64,000 nt of DNA from Trueperaceae bacterium (GCA_034520945.1 JAXHNB010000002.1:256001-320000), one strand, 5' to 3'. Shown: positions 26,708-38,758, numbered from the stretch's first letter. Program-made: numbers and translations. Notes: generated by a model not told the origin, from the sequence alone.

Positions 26708-27734
26708 TCAGCCGGCCACGCCCGTTCGGGACGGCGGCGAGGCGGGGTGCCACGAATCCAGCGTCGCCTTGTAGTTCGCGCGCGTGAATGCCTCCTCGTC
26801 GCGCATTCCCTTGCGGCTCATGCTGCCGCGCAGCTGCGCCGCCGACACGTACTCGTTGTCTTCCAGCCACGCACGCATGTCGGCTTCGATCGCCGCGAAG
26901 CGCTCGGGGCCGTTGCGGAGGATCTCCGAGGTCAACATCGTCACGCTCGCGCCCGCGGCGATGCCCTTCAGGGCCGTTTGGGCATCGTGCACGCCGCTGG
27001 TCAACGCCAGGTCGGCGGGAACGAGGCCGTGCAGCAAGCCGATCCAGCGCACGCCCAGGCGCGCCTCCTCTGGCGTCGACAGGGCAAGGCGCGGGCGTAC
27101 CTCGAGGGCGTCGAGGTCGATGTCCGGCTGGTAGAAGCGGTTGAACAGCACCAAGGCGTCGGCGCCGGCGTCGGCCAGGCGGTCGGCCATGCGCATGGTG
27201 GCGCTCCAGTACGGCGAGACCTTGACGGCCACGGGGATCGACACCAGCTCGCGGACGTCGCGAAGGACACTGGCGGTGCGATCCTCGATCTCGGTGCCGG
27301 TGACGTCCGGGTCGGTGGGCAAAAAGAACACGTTCAGCTCCAGCGCGTCGGCCCCCGCCTCCTCCAGAAGCGTCGCGTAGCGCGTCCAGCCGCCCGGGGT
27401 GGCGCCGTTCAGGCTGGCGATGACCGGGACGTCGACGGCCTCCTTCGCACCGCGAAGCAGCTCGAGGTAGCCCTCGGGACCGGGCGAGCGCTGCGGCGTC
27501 GGCACGTAATCCAACGCCTCGGCGAAGCTCTCGGTTCCGTACGCCAGGTAGTGGTCGAAGGCGTCCTGCTCGCCCTGGATCTCTTCCTCGAACAGCGAGT
27601 GCATCACGATGGCGGCGGCGCCCCCGTCCTCCAGGCGGCGGAAGCCGTCGGGCTCCTTGGTCAGCGGCGATGCGGAGGCCACCAGCGGGACTGGCCAGGT
27701 CCAGGCCGAGGTACCGGGTACGTAGGTCGATCAC
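26708..27734 (-). CDS. Dihydroorotate dehydrogenase-like protein; one-base frameshift near 27687-27689, probably a sequencing error
   Basis: N-terminus VIDLRTRYLGLDLASP continues as VASASPL..SLFEEEI, PVIASLNG, VKVSPY, LFNRFYQPDID; GTGA overlap with the PFOR stop. Confidence 0.85.
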
Positions 27735-30700
27735 GAGGTGGCTCCCTTCGTGCCGGTGTCGTCTGCGTCGGCAGGGGTGTCGGATGGGTCGTGGGCCGCC
27801 ATGCGCTCCAGCGCGGCCCAGCGTTCGTCGACGGCGTCCTGCGCCGCGTCGAGAAGTGCCTCGGCTTCGTCCGGGGCCGTCATGCGGAGCATGCGGTAGC
27901 GGTTCTCCTTCAAGGCGTACTCCCGGAAGGGGATCTTCGGCGGGCGGGAGTCGAGCTTCAGCGGGTTGGCGCCTTCCTCGGCGCGTCTCGGGTCGTAGCG
28001 GAACAACGGCCAGTACCCGCTGGTGGTGGCGAGTTTCTGCTGTTCCATGCCCTTGGACATGTCGATGCCGTGCGCGATGCAGTGCGAGTAGGCGATCACC
28101 AGCGACGGACCGGGGTAGGCCTCGGCCTCCAGCAGCGCACGGACGGTTTGCCCGTCGTTCGCGCCCATCGCGATCTGCGCGACGTAGACGTGCCCGTACG
28201 ACATCGCCATGCGCCCGAGGTCCTTCTTGGGGGTGCGCTTGCCGCCGGACGCGAACTTCGCGACCGCGCCCAGGCCGGTGGCCTTCGAGGCCTGTCCGCC
28301 GGTGTTGCTGTACACCTCGGTGTCGAGGACCAGCACGTTGACGTCCTTGCCGGAGGCGAGCACGTGATCCAAGCCGCCATACCCGATGTCGTAGGCCCAG
28401 CCGTCGCCGCCCACGATCCACACGTCGGTCCGGACCAACGCGTCCGCCAGGGCGTGAAGGTCGCGGGCCACCGGATCGTCGCGCCCGGCGAGCTTCGACT
28501 TCAACTCGCGCACCAATTCACGTTGGCGGGCCAGCGACGCCTCGTCCGCGCCGGCAGCGGCGTCGAGGGATTCGGCCAGCTCGCCGAGCCCCAACTCGGG
28601 ATCGCCCAGCAGGCGCCGCGCGTGCGCGGCCTGGGCGTCGATCGCCATCCGCATGCCCATCCCGAACTCCGCATTGTCCTCGAACAGCGAGTTGGACCAG
28701 GCCGGGCCGCGCCCTTCGGCGTTCTTCGTCCACGGCGTGGTCGGCAGGTTGCCGCCGTAAATGGACGAACAGCCGGTCGCGTTCGCGATCACGCTGCGGT
28801 CGCCGAACAGCTGGCTGAGGAGCTTGACGTACGGCGTCTCGCCGCACCCGGAGCAGGCACCGGAGAACTCGAACAGCGGCTCCAGCAGCTGCACCGACTT
28901 GACGTCCTTGAACGCCATGCCGTCGTGCCGCGGCACCTGGGGCAGCGACAGGAAGAAGTCCCAGTCCTTGCGCCCCTGCTCGCGCCGGGGAAGCTGCGGC
29001 TCCATCATCAGCGCCTTGCGGCCGACCTCGCTCTTGTCTTTGGCGGGGCAGACCTCGGCACAGAGCGTGCAGCCGGTGCAGTCCTCCACGGCGACCTGCA
29101 GGGTGTAGCGCACATCGCCGGCATCCTTGAAGCGTGGGGCCGCGTGCAGGAAACCGTCCGGGGCCTCCTCGAGCGCCTCGGTGGGGGCCAGGGTGGCGCG
29201 AATGGTGGAGTGCGGGCAGACCAGCACGCACTTGCCGCACTGGATGCAAATGTCCGGATCCCACACCGGGATCTCCTGCGCCAGGTTGCGCTTCTCGAAG
29301 CGCGCGGTGCCCACCGGCCAGGTGCCGTCCTCCGGCAGCGCCGACACCGGCAGCTCGTCGCCGCGATCCTCGAGCAGGACGGAGGTGACGTCACGGACGA
29401 AGTCCGGCGCGTCCGGCGCGACGGTGGGCGGACGGGCGGCGCCGAAGCCGTCCGTCGCCGGGAATCTCCACGCGCGCCAGGTGGTCGGTCGCGGCGTCGA
29501 CGGCGGCCAGGTTGCGGCGCACGATCGCCTCGCCGCGCGCGCCGTAGGTGGTGCGGATCGCTTCGCGGACCTTCGCGAAGGCGTCCTCGCGCGGCACCAC
29601 GTCGGTGAGCGCGAAGAAGCAGGCCTGCATGATGGTGTTGATGCGCGGCCCCAGTTCCATCTCCTCCGCCAGCGCGTCGGCGTGAATCGTCCACAGCGTC
29701 AGCTCGCGTTCGCGAATCACGCGCTGCGCCTCTTCGGGAAGGTGTTCCCACACTTCACTGGCCGGGTAGGGGGCGTTGATCAGCACCGTGGCGCCGTGCG
29801 CGGCCCGGTCCAGCACGTCGTAGCGCCAGAAGAAGTCGAACTGGTGCACGCCCACGAACTCGGCGCGGCCGATCAGGTAGGCGCTGCGGATCGGGTCGGG
29901 CCCGAAGCGCAGGTGGCTGATGGTGCGCGCACCCGCCTTGCGGGAGTCGTACACGAACGAGCCTTGGGCTTCGAGGCCCGCCTCCTCGCCGATGATCTTG
30001 ATGGTGTTCTTGGCGGCGCCGACGGTCCCATCCGACCCCAGGCCCCAGAACACCGCCCGACGGACGGTGTCCGGCTCGATGTCGAGCGTGTCGTCGTACG
30101 TCACGCTGCTGTCGGAAAGGTCGTCGCGGATGCCCAGCGTGAGGCGGCCGCGCGGACGTTCCTCCGCCATCTCGGCCAGCAGGCCCACCAGCATGGCGGG
30201 GGTCAGTTCCTTGGAGGAAAGCCCGTAGCGCACCCCGATGGCGCGCGGAGGGCTGCGCGAAGCGTGGCGCCTCGGCGTGCGCGTCCTCGTGAAGGGCGGT
30301 CTGCACGTCCTGCAGCAGCGGTTCGCCGGCCGAGCCCGGCTCCTTGGTGCGGTCCATCACCGCCAGCATGCGGGTGGTGTCGGGCAGGGCGGCCAGCAGC
30401 CGCGCGCCGTCGAACGGGCGGAACAGCCGCACCTTGAGCACGCCGACGCGTTCCCCGCGTGCGTTGGCCCACGCCACCGTCTCGTCGGCGGTGTCGGCCG
30501 CCGAACCCATCACGACCAGGACCCGATCGGCATCGGGGGCGCCGACGTAGTCGAACGGCCGGTAGTGCCGGCCGGTTCTGGCCGCGAAGGCGTCCATGGC
30601 CTCCTCGACCACGTCGGGCAGCGCGCGGTAGAGGGGCTCCACGCGCTCGCGGGACTGGAAGAACACGTCCGGGTTCTGCGCCGTGCCGCGCAGCACCGGC

Positions 30701-31335
30701 CGCGCGGGCGTGAGCGCCCGGGCGCGGAAGGCCCGGATGTCCGCCACGTCGATCAGCGCGCGCAGGTCGTCTTCGCTGACGAGGTCGACGCGGTGCACTT
30801 CGTGCGAGGTGCGGAACCCGTCCATCACGTGCACGAAGGGAATGCGACCACGTAGGGTCGCCGCCTGCGCGATCGCGGCCAGATCGTGCGCCTCCTGCAC
30901 CGACGCGGCGAACAGCATCGCCACGCCGGTGGCACGTGCCGCCATCACGTCCGAGTGATCCCCGAAGATCGACAGCGCGTGCGTCGCGACCGAGCGGGCC
31001 GCGACGTGGATCACCGCCGGGGTCAGCTCGCCGGCGATCTTGTAGAGATTCGGGATCATCAGCAGGAAGCCCTGGCTGGCCGTGAAGGTGGTGGTCAGCG
31101 CACCGGTTTGAAGCGAGCCGTGCACGGCGCCGGCGGCGCCGCCCTCGGCCTGCATCTCCTGCACCGTGGGGACCGAGCCGTACAGGTTGGGGCGGCCCTG
31201 CTGGGCCCAGGCGTCCGCGAGCTCGCCCATGGGCGAGGACGGGGTGATGGGGTAGATGGCGACGACTTCGTTCAACGCGTAGGCGACGTGCGCCACCGCC
31301 TCGTTGCCGTCGATGGTTCGAACGTTCGGTGCCAT
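27731..31335 (-). CDS. nifJ: Pyruvate:ferredoxin (flavodoxin) oxidoreductase; two frameshifts near 30251 and 29461, probably sequencing errors
   Basis: YPITPSSPMGE, RYGLSSKE, GLGSDGTVGA, two ferredoxin CxxCxxCxxxCP motifs, FSGACSGCGETPY, GGDGWAYDIG, spread over three frames. Confidence 0.93.
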
Positions 31336-31484
31336 GCGGCCTCCCGCCCCCGGCAGGCTCGATTCGTACCTCTGAGCCTACGGCCGGCGCCGCGGGGGCG
31401 GTAGGGATGAACGTCCGGCGGTGCGAGCCAAAGCGGCCGGTCTTCCGGTGCCCCGGATGACGGGCGGCCGCGTCGCCCCGGCCG

Positions 31485-33344
31485 TTACTCGCCCGGCGGG
31501 CCGCCCTGACGCTCCATGCGGTCCAAGCCTTGGTACACGCGCACGTTGGTCCATACCGCCTGCAGGTACTCGCGCGTCTCGAGCGCGTCGATCTCGCGAA
31601 GCAGGTCGTCCTTGTCGCGGCGGACCTCCTCGCCGTCGTACAGCCGGCCGATATAGCCCTGCCCCCGGTTGTAGCTGGGGACGACGAGTTCGAGGTCGCC
31701 GCGGAAGTAGTCACGCAGCCAGCCCAGGTAGTGGGTGCCGTAGCGAATGTTCGTGGCCGCGTCGAACGGATCGCCGGGGGGCTCTTCCTGGAGTTCGGCG
31801 ATCCAGTCCCAGGTGGAGGGCATGACCTGCATCAGTCCCTGCGCGCCCGAACGCGACACGGCGCGGGGGAAGAACGCGGATTCCTGGCGCATGACCGCCC
31901 ACACCAGTTCCGGCGGGACGTCGGCCTCCTTGGCTTCGGCCCGAACCAGACCCTCCCAGGCCCGCGGCCAGGCAAGGCGCCAGGTGCGGTACTGGCGACT
32001 GCCATCGTTCACGAACCGAGATGCTGCCCGTGAGGGACGTCGGTACTCGCCCAACGCCACCAACGCCTCGCCGAGCGCCACCACCGTCGCCTCGTCCGCC
32101 TTCGTCTCCGTCGCGGCCCCGGACTCGGTGGGGGGCGCATCGGACATGTCCGGGGCCAGGGCGTCCCGGAGGGCGAACGACAGCACGCCCCGCGCCGCCG
32201 TTTCGTCGCCCAGCTCGGCCAGCCAGCCGGCGGTGTCCAGTGCCGCGGGACGAACCTGCGCCAGGTCGTCCCGGTCGGGCAGCGCGGGATCGCCCCCCAG
32301 CCGGAGGTCGAAGTAGCTTCCCTCCGGGATGCTGCGTTCGGCCTCCGCGCGCGCCTCATCATTCCCCAGCCGGCCCGCCAGGACGTAGGCGCGGTAGGCG
32401 GCGTCGTCGGCGTAGGCGGAATCGCGCCCGGCGAGGTCGAGGTACACCTCGATCGCCGCGGCCTCCTTTTCCTTCTCCTCGAGCCAACCCGTCGCCAGCC
32501 ACAGGTGGGTCGGCGCACCGGCGCGCAGCAGAAAGTCCACGCCCGCCTCGCGGTCGCCGCGCCGGTTGGCCACCAGCGCGCGGCCGTAGAGGGCACGGGG
32601 TCCACCGAGCGCGGCGAAGGCGGCGTCGGCCGCGGCGAGGTCCTCCAGGTACCAGTGCGACCACGCCACGCCCTCCCGCGCGCCGCGGTGGCCCGGGACC
32701 TGCGCCAGCCAGCGCCGGTACGCGTCCAGCGCCTCTTCGTACCGCCCCAACGCCCGGTACGCCGGCGCTTCGATCGACGGCGCGGACAGCTCCCCCAACG
32801 CGTCCAGCGCCTCTTCGTCGAGGTCGGCCTGCAGGAACAGGTTCGCCAACTGATACGGATCGTCGCCCAGGCGCTTCAGTCCCTCGATCGCCTCCTGTTC
32901 CGGCAGCGCCTCGCGGAAGGCGAGGGTGGCCCGCCGGGTCCGCCCCAGCGCTTCGGCCAACCGGGCCACCTCCACATGCAGCGCGCGACGCTCGGCGCGG
33001 TCGAGGGGGTCGTCGATGCGCAGGTCCAGCTCCCGTTCGTACGCCGCCAGCCTGAGCTCCGGGTCGGCGTCCTCCATGCGCGCCAGGTGACGCGCCGCCT
33101 GGTACGCGGCGTAATCATTGGCGCGCGTCAGCTCGGCCAGCGCCTCCACGTCGTCGTCCGCGGCGGCGTGGGCGTGCCGTACCAAGCGCGTGGCGCCGGG
33201 CGGGGCGGCGTCCGGCGCGACCTGGGCCAACGGCGGACGCTCGTCGTCGGCGCCAGGCATGACCGGCCTTGGCAGCTGCAGCGCCACGGCGAGTGCCAGG
33301 GCGCCGGCGAGAAGCGTGAGCAGGATCGAGCGGCGGCGCGTCAT
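31485..33344 (-). CDS. Soluble lytic transglycosylase with TPR-like N-terminus
   Basis: AVMRQESAF, SGAQGLMQVMPST, SYNRGQG, ETREY; N-terminal signal/anchor. Confidence 0.9.
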   Translation of the reverse strand: MTRRRSILLTLLAGALALAVALQLPRPVMPGADDERPPLAQVAPDAAPPGATRLVRHAHAAADDDVEALAELTRANDYAAYQAARHLARMEDADPELRLAAYERELDLRIDDPLDRAERRALHVEVARLAEALGRTRRATLAFREALPEQEAIEGLKRLGDDPYQLANLFLQADLDEEALDALGELSAPSIEAPAYRALGRYEEALDAYRRWLAQVPGHRGAREGVAWSHWYLEDLAAADAAFAALGGPRALYGRALVANRRGDREAGVDFLLRAGAPTHLWLATGWLEEKEKEAAAIEVYLDLAGRDSAYADDAAYRAYVLAGRLGNDEARAEAERSIPEGSYFDLRLGGDPALPDRDDLAQVRPAALDTAGWLAELGDETAARGVLSFALRDALAPDMSDAPPTESGAATETKADEATVVALGEALVALGEYRRPSRAASRFVNDGSRQYRTWRLAWPRAWEGLVRAEAKEADVPPELVWAVMRQESAFFPRAVSRSGAQGLMQVMPSTWDWIAELQEEPPGDPFDAATNIRYGTHYLGWLRDYFRGDLELVVPSYNRGQGYIGRLYDGEEVRRDKDDLLREIDALETREYLQAVWTNVRVYQGLDRMERQGGPPGE

Positions 33345-33649
33345 GACCTGACAGCCTACGTCAGGTCGGCATGAAGCGGGTGAAGCAAACATGACGCGGC
33401 CGTTTCGTGGGTGCCGTGCGCGACAGCGCGCGCGCACGAATGCACCTATGCTTCTCCTGCGCTGCCGGGTGTCCATCGTCGGCACCCCTTCGCGGGATCG
33501 CCCGCGTTGGGAAGGTGGCCGTATGTCGTGCGCCGGGGCGGATCGTGCCGCGGGCGTGGCCGCACGCTCGAGCGAGCACGTCGTCCGTGATCGCATGCAC
33601 CGGTCCAAACCGGTGCCCACCGTTCGAACGAGTGGAAGTGGAGGAAGAC

Positions 33650-34603
33650 ATGAAGAGAACGTTCACCATCATCGCCCTGAGCGTGGCCATGGCCTTCGGC
33701 GCCAGCGCCTTCGCCCAGGCCCCCAACGCCGGAGACCCCATCGTGGTGGGCTCGAAGCAGTTCACCGAGCAGATCGTGCTGGGCAAGGTCATCGTGAATG
33801 CCCTGCGCGGCGCCGGCTACGAGGTCACCGACCGCACCAACCTCGGCGGCACCGCCGTCAACCGCGACGCCCTCGAGGCCGGCGAGATCGACGTGTACCC
33901 GAACTACACCGGCACGGCGATCAGCAACTGGTACCGCGACTACGAATGGGCCCAGGAGGCCATCGCCGAAGGCACGTCGGGGGACGCGTACGCGAGCTAC
34001 GCGACGGTCGCCTCGTACGATGCCGCCCTCTTCGACCTGGTGTGGCTGCGTCCCGCGCCGGCCAACAACACCTACGCGCTGGCCGTCACGAGCGCGTTCG
34101 CGGAAGAGAACGACGTCACCACCATGTACGACTTCGCCGACTACGTGAACGACGGCGGCGAGGTGGTGCTGTCGACGGGCGACGAGTTCGCCCAGCGTCC
34201 CGACGGCCTGCAGGCGTTCGAAGAGACGTACGGCTTCGACCTCAGCGAGGATCAGATGATCGTGATCGCGGGGGCCACGCCGGCGCAGACCGAGCAGGCG
34301 CTGGCCAGCGGTCAGAGCGGCGTCAACGTCGCGATGGCGTACGGGACCGACGGCGCGTTGATGGCGTACGACTTCGTGGTGCTCGAGGATCCGGACGGGG
34401 CGCAGCCGGTGTTCCAGCCGACCCCGGTGTTCCGCGGCGAGACCATCCGCGCGTACCCCGAGATCGCTGGGGTGCTGAATCCCATCTTCGCGCTGTTCGA
34501 CAACCGCACCCTCCAGGACCTCAACGCGAAGGTCGAGGTCGATGGCCTCAGTGCGGAAGAGGTCGCACGCACCTTCCTTCAGGAGAACGGCTTCATCGAC
34601 TGA
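33650..34603 (+). CDS. Glycine betaine/osmoprotectant ABC substrate-binding protein (OsmF-like)
   Basis: VGSKQFTEQ, NYTGT, ANNTYALAV, EFAQRPDGL, MAYGTDG. Confidence 0.9.
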   Translation: MKRTFTIIALSVAMAFGASAFAQAPNAGDPIVVGSKQFTEQIVLGKVIVNALRGAGYEVTDRTNLGGTAVNRDALEAGEIDVYPNYTGTAISNWYRDYEWAQEAIAEGTSGDAYASYATVASYDAALFDLVWLRPAPANNTYALAVTSAFAEENDVTTMYDFADYVNDGGEVVLSTGDEFAQRPDGLQAFEETYGFDLSEDQMIVIAGATPAQTEQALASGQSGVNVAMAYGTDGALMAYDFVVLEDPDGAQPVFQPTPVFRGETIRAYPEIAGVLNPIFALFDNRTLQDLNAKVEVDGLSAEEVARTFLQENGFID

Positions 34604-34731
34604 GCACGACGACGTGCGTGGCCCGGGTCCTCATCCGCCCGGGCCACGTGCCTTGGGGCCGCCGGCCCGCGCACGGAGCACGTTCGAGCAACGTCGTTCG
34701 GGCCTGATCGGCCCGGAGGAGGGGTATCGCT

Positions 34732-36366
34732 TTGAACCGCATCGCCATTCTGGGTGGGCTGATCGGGGGATTTGGGTTCTTCTTCCTTCCCATCCTCGCC
34801 CTCAAGCCGAACCGCTTGGCCCCCGGCACGCCGTTCAACCTGCTCGAGTTTCAGGGCGACGACCGCTATTTGATTCTTTTCGTATTGGCGCTTCTGCCCA
34901 TGGTCCTGGCGTTCCGCGAGGACGTGGGCAGCCGCGGTTGGATGTTGGTGGGCGTCGGCAACCTGGTCATGATCCTTACGCTGGTGTTGCCCGCCATGGC
35001 CGGCCAGGGGCTGCTCGCCGAGCCCGAGGCCTACCTGGGCGAGGGCGCGATGGTGCGCAATCCGCGCATCATGCCCTCAGGTGGGTTGGCCCTGGGTCTG
35101 GTCGGCGCGTACGTCGCGGTGTTCGCCGGGGTGCGGGACCTGACCCGGGCCGGCGTCGCCGGCTGGGTGCGCGGGATCGGCGCATGGATCGGGCCCGTGC
35201 TCGCGCTGATCCTGATGCTCAACGGCACCTTCGACGTGTACTCGATCCTGGTGGAGTTCTACGCCAACGGCGAGGCGCTGGAACAGAAGTTCATCGAGCA
35301 CCTGATGTTCGTCATCATCTCGCTGTTGGTCGGGTTCGTGGTCGGCGTCGGCTTGGGCCTGTGGGCGTCGCGGGAGGCGCGGTTGGCCCCGGTCATCCTG
35401 TACGCGGTCGGCATCATCCAGACCATCCCGTCGCTGGCGTTGTTCGGCGTGCTGTTGGTGCCGATGGCGCGGCTCGGCGATCAGGCGTTCCTGCCCACCC
35501 TCGCGTTTTTCGGCGCCAGCGCGGTGGTGGCCGTCCTGCTGGGCGGGGCCTACGTGCTGCTGGGGGGGCGCGAGCCGCCTCGGCTGCGCGTCTTGCACAT
35601 GCTGCTCGCCGCCTTGGCCGCCGCGGTGCCGCTGGCCCTGGCGACCGGCGTGCTGGTGACGTTCGTGTTCCGCCTGGCGAACGTCGGCTTCACCAGCGGC
35701 AACTACCCGGCCGCCGCCTCGTCCGTGGGCGTGTTGGCGCTGGTGGGGATCGTCCTGTGGGCGGTGGGGCGCTGGCTGCTCCGGCCCGACGCGCCGCTGC
35801 GCAGGTGGGTTCATCGGGCCACCGCGCTGGTGTTCGTAGGGGCGTTCGGGGCGCTGATGGTGCTGTTCGTGCAAGCGTCCGGGTCCAGCTCGCTGCTGGG
35901 CGGCGTGGCGTCCGTGCGGGAGTTGACGATCCGTGACCTCGGCGTCTCAGGCATCGGCGTCGCGCCCGCTCTGGTCGCGCTGACGCTGTACTCGCTGTTG
36001 CCGATGGTGCGCAACACCTATGCGGGCCTGAATAACGTCGACAACGCCATCATCGACTCCGGCCGCGGCATGGGCATGACACCCCGGCAGCGATTCTTCC
36101 AGATCGAGCTTCCGCTGGCGTTCCCGGTGATCATGGCGGGCGTCCGCAACGCGGGCGTAGCGCTGGTCGGCATCGGCACGGTGGCGACCGTGATCGGGGC
36201 GGGCGGCCTGGGCGACTTCGTGATTCAGGGGATCGTGAACACCTCGATCGACCAGATCCTGCTGGGGGCCGTGCCGGCGATCGCCCTGGCCCTGGTGCTC
36301 GATGCGGTGCTTCGTGGGATGGAAGGCATCCTGACCTCGCCCGGCATCAAGCAGGTGCAGAGCTGA
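34732..36366 (+). CDS. Osmoprotectant ABC permease (YehY-like)
   Basis: KPNRLAPG, QTIPSLALFG, SGRGMGMT..IELPLA, IGAGGLG. Confidence 0.88.
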   Translation: MNRIAILGGLIGGFGFFFLPILALKPNRLAPGTPFNLLEFQGDDRYLILFVLALLPMVLAFREDVGSRGWMLVGVGNLVMILTLVLPAMAGQGLLAEPEAYLGEGAMVRNPRIMPSGGLALGLVGAYVAVFAGVRDLTRAGVAGWVRGIGAWIGPVLALILMLNGTFDVYSILVEFYANGEALEQKFIEHLMFVIISLLVGFVVGVGLGLWASREARLAPVILYAVGIIQTIPSLALFGVLLVPMARLGDQAFLPTLAFFGASAVVAVLLGGAYVLLGGREPPRLRVLHMLLAALAAAVPLALATGVLVTFVFRLANVGFTSGNYPAAASSVGVLALVGIVLWAVGRWLLRPDAPLRRWVHRATALVFVGAFGALMVLFVQASGSSSLLGGVASVRELTIRDLGVSGIGVAPALVALTLYSLLPMVRNTYAGLNNVDNAIIDSGRGMGMTPRQRFFQIELPLAFPVIMAGVRNAGVALVGIGTVATVIGAGGLGDFVIQGIVNTSIDQILLGAVPAIALALVLDAVLRGMEGILTSPGIKQVQS

Positions 36367-36382
36367 TGCGAAAGGAGCAAGC

Positions 36383-37525
36383 GTGATCGAATTCCAGAAC
36401 GTCGTCAAGCGGTTCCCGGACGGGTTCGCCGCCGTGAACGACCTGAGCTTGACGGTGCACGATGGGGAGATCACCGTTCTGATCGGTCCGTCCGGCTGCG
36501 GCAAGACGACGTCGATGCGGTTGGTGAACCGGCTCCTATCCATCACCGAAGGCAAGATCATGGTCGAGGGGCGCGACAACCGAGACTTCCCCGCCGAAGA
36601 GTTACGCCGCAAGATCGGCTACGCGATTCAGCAGATCGGACTGTTTCCGCACTTCACGGTGTTCGAGAACATCGCGGTGGTGCCCCGCATGCTGGATTGG
36701 GACGAGGGCCGCATCCGCAAGCGCGTCGACGTACTCCTCGAACTGGTCGGCCTGGATCCCGACATCAACCGCGACAAGTACCCACGGCAGCTCTCGGGCG
36801 GGCAACAACAGCGCGTCGGCGTGGCGCGCGCGCTCGGCGCCGACCCGCCGATCATGTTGATGGACGAGCCGTTCGGCGCGATCGATCCGATCACCCGCGA
36901 AGTACTGCAGGAGGAGTTCCTGCAGATCCAGAAGGAGATCTCGAAGACGATCATCTTCGTGACGCACGACATCGATGAGGCCATCAAGATGGGGGACCGC
37001 ATCGCCATCCTGCGCGAGGGGCGCCTGATCCAGTACGACACGCCCGACAGCATCCTGGCCCACCCCAAGGACCGCTTCGTGCGTGACTTCGTCGGTGCGG
37101 ACCGGGCCCTCAAGCGCCTGGGCCTGGTGCAGGTGCGCGACCTCATGGACACGGATCTGATGCCGGTGGTGCGCATGCGCGACAGCGCCGAGGACGCGCG
37201 CCGCGTGATCAAGGACTACGGCGACCCCATTCGCAGCGCCTTCGTGGTCGACGAAGAGGGCGTGCTGAAGGGCTGGGTCGACCGTGACGCGCTGCGGCAG
37301 AGCCCCGACAGCCTGTTGGAGGCGATGATCGACGCGGATGCGCACGACATCGGGGTGCGCCCCAACAACACCGCCCGTGAGGCCCTGTCCGCGATGGTCG
37401 GGCGCGGGTTTCGCAATACGCCGGTGGTCGACAAGCACGGCAAGCTGGTCGGCAGCATCACGCTCCGGTCGCTGCAGGAACTCGCCGACCAGGACTGGTC
37501 GGACGAGGGGGCGGAGGCGTCGTGA
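36383..37525 (+). CDS. Osmoprotectant ABC ATP-binding protein with CBS domains
   Basis: GPSGCGKT, IGYAIQQIGLFPH, LSGGQQQR, MDEPFGAIDPITR; C-terminal CBS pair. Confidence 0.92.
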   Translation: MIEFQNVVKRFPDGFAAVNDLSLTVHDGEITVLIGPSGCGKTTSMRLVNRLLSITEGKIMVEGRDNRDFPAEELRRKIGYAIQQIGLFPHFTVFENIAVVPRMLDWDEGRIRKRVDVLLELVGLDPDINRDKYPRQLSGGQQQRVGVARALGADPPIMLMDEPFGAIDPITREVLQEEFLQIQKEISKTIIFVTHDIDEAIKMGDRIAILREGRLIQYDTPDSILAHPKDRFVRDFVGADRALKRLGLVQVRDLMDTDLMPVVRMRDSAEDARRVIKDYGDPIRSAFVVDEEGVLKGWVDRDALRQSPDSLLEAMIDADAHDIGVRPNNTAREALSAMVGRGFRNTPVVDKHGKLVGSITLRSLQELADQDWSDEGAEAS

Positions 37526-38631
37526 ACTGGCGGACCGTGCCGGGCCCCGCGGCCCTGGGATGGGCCCTCTTCGCCGTGATCCTGTTCGCCCTCGAACCGG
37601 CGGAGGTGCCGATCACCGACCCGCAGCTGCGCCAAGCGGTCGGCGAGCGCGCGTCGCTCACGCCGGACCTGTGGTTGCCGACCCTCGGGCTCAGCGATCG
37701 GACCGTGATCGACCTGGGCGCGACCAATGATTTGCGCGTGCTCGGCTTCGGGCTGTTCGATGCCGAGGTCGACCCCGAGACCGCGCTCGGCGAGGTCACG
37801 GGCAGCGCGTCGCTCGGGTGGTTCGTGGCGTTGATGGCGATCATCGAGGCGTTCCTGGCCTGGGCGTTCCGGCAACGCGACGAGAAGCTGGTGCGGCCCC
37901 TGGTGCGCGCCGCCGGCATCTTCATCGTGATCTGGTCGTTCTACGGGCACGAGCCGTTCTGGGACTGGATGCTCCGCGGGCTGTTCCCGAGGAGCCCGGA
38001 CCTGCTCTACAACTCGAACACCCTGATCAGCCTGGCGGGGCAGCACCTGGAGCTGGTGGTCTTCAGCTCCATCATCACCATCGCCATCGGGCTCACGCTC
38101 GGCATCACCGTCACGCGCGGTGCGTTCCGGGAGTTTCTGCCGTTGGTGAGCGACGTGGTCAACTCGGGCCAGACGGTGCCGACGCTCGCGATCGTGGCGA
38201 TCATGGCGCCGATCATCGGGTTCGGCTTCTGGCCGGCCGTCGTGGCGTTGATCCTGTACGGCCTGCTGCCGGTCGTGCGCAACACCATCGTCGGTCTCGA
38301 GGGCGTGGACCCCTCCATGATCGATGCGGCCAAGGGGATGGGAATGACCGGGTCGCAGATCCTGCTGCAGATCGAGATCCCCAGCGCGTCCAGCATCATC
38401 CTCGCCGGGGTGCGCACCAGCGTGGTGATCAACGTCGGCACGGCGGCGCTGGGCGCGTACGTGGGCTCCGGCGGTCTGGGCAATCCGATCGCGTCGGGCC
38501 TGAACCAGTCGATCGATCCCTGGGTCCTGCTGGGGGCGTTGGCGGCGGCGCTTCTGGCCATCTTGCTGGACTACGTGCTAGGCCGGGTCGAGTACGTGCT
38601 GACCCCGAAGGGGCTGCAGATCGAGGGGTAG
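37522..38631 (+). CDS. Osmoprotectant ABC permease (YehW-like)
   Basis: GQTVPTLA, DAAKGMGMT, VINVGTAALG, GSGGLG. Confidence 0.88.
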   Translation: MNWRTVPGPAALGWALFAVILFALEPAEVPITDPQLRQAVGERASLTPDLWLPTLGLSDRTVIDLGATNDLRVLGFGLFDAEVDPETALGEVTGSASLGWFVALMAIIEAFLAWAFRQRDEKLVRPLVRAAGIFIVIWSFYGHEPFWDWMLRGLFPRSPDLLYNSNTLISLAGQHLELVVFSSIITIAIGLTLGITVTRGAFREFLPLVSDVVNSGQTVPTLAIVAIMAPIIGFGFWPAVVALILYGLLPVVRNTIVGLEGVDPSMIDAAKGMGMTGSQILLQIEIPSASSIILAGVRTSVVINVGTAALGAYVGSGGLGNPIASGLNQSIDPWVLLGALAAALLAILLDYVLGRVEYVLTPKGLQIEG

Positions 38632-38758
38632 CGCGAACGCCCCCGTCCTGCGCAGTCTCGTGCTACGATTCTCCAAATTCGACGAACCGCGCGCTTGCCT
38701 CCGCCCAGGGGGCAAGCCGCTTCCATACGAACGACGCGGGTGAACCGAGGAGGTGCCC

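Noticed and set aside
27731..31335. Programmed frameshifting or true pseudogenisation of PFOR
   Set aside because: No slippery heptamer or stop codons; the same extra-G pattern recurs in unrelated genes, which points to sequencing error.
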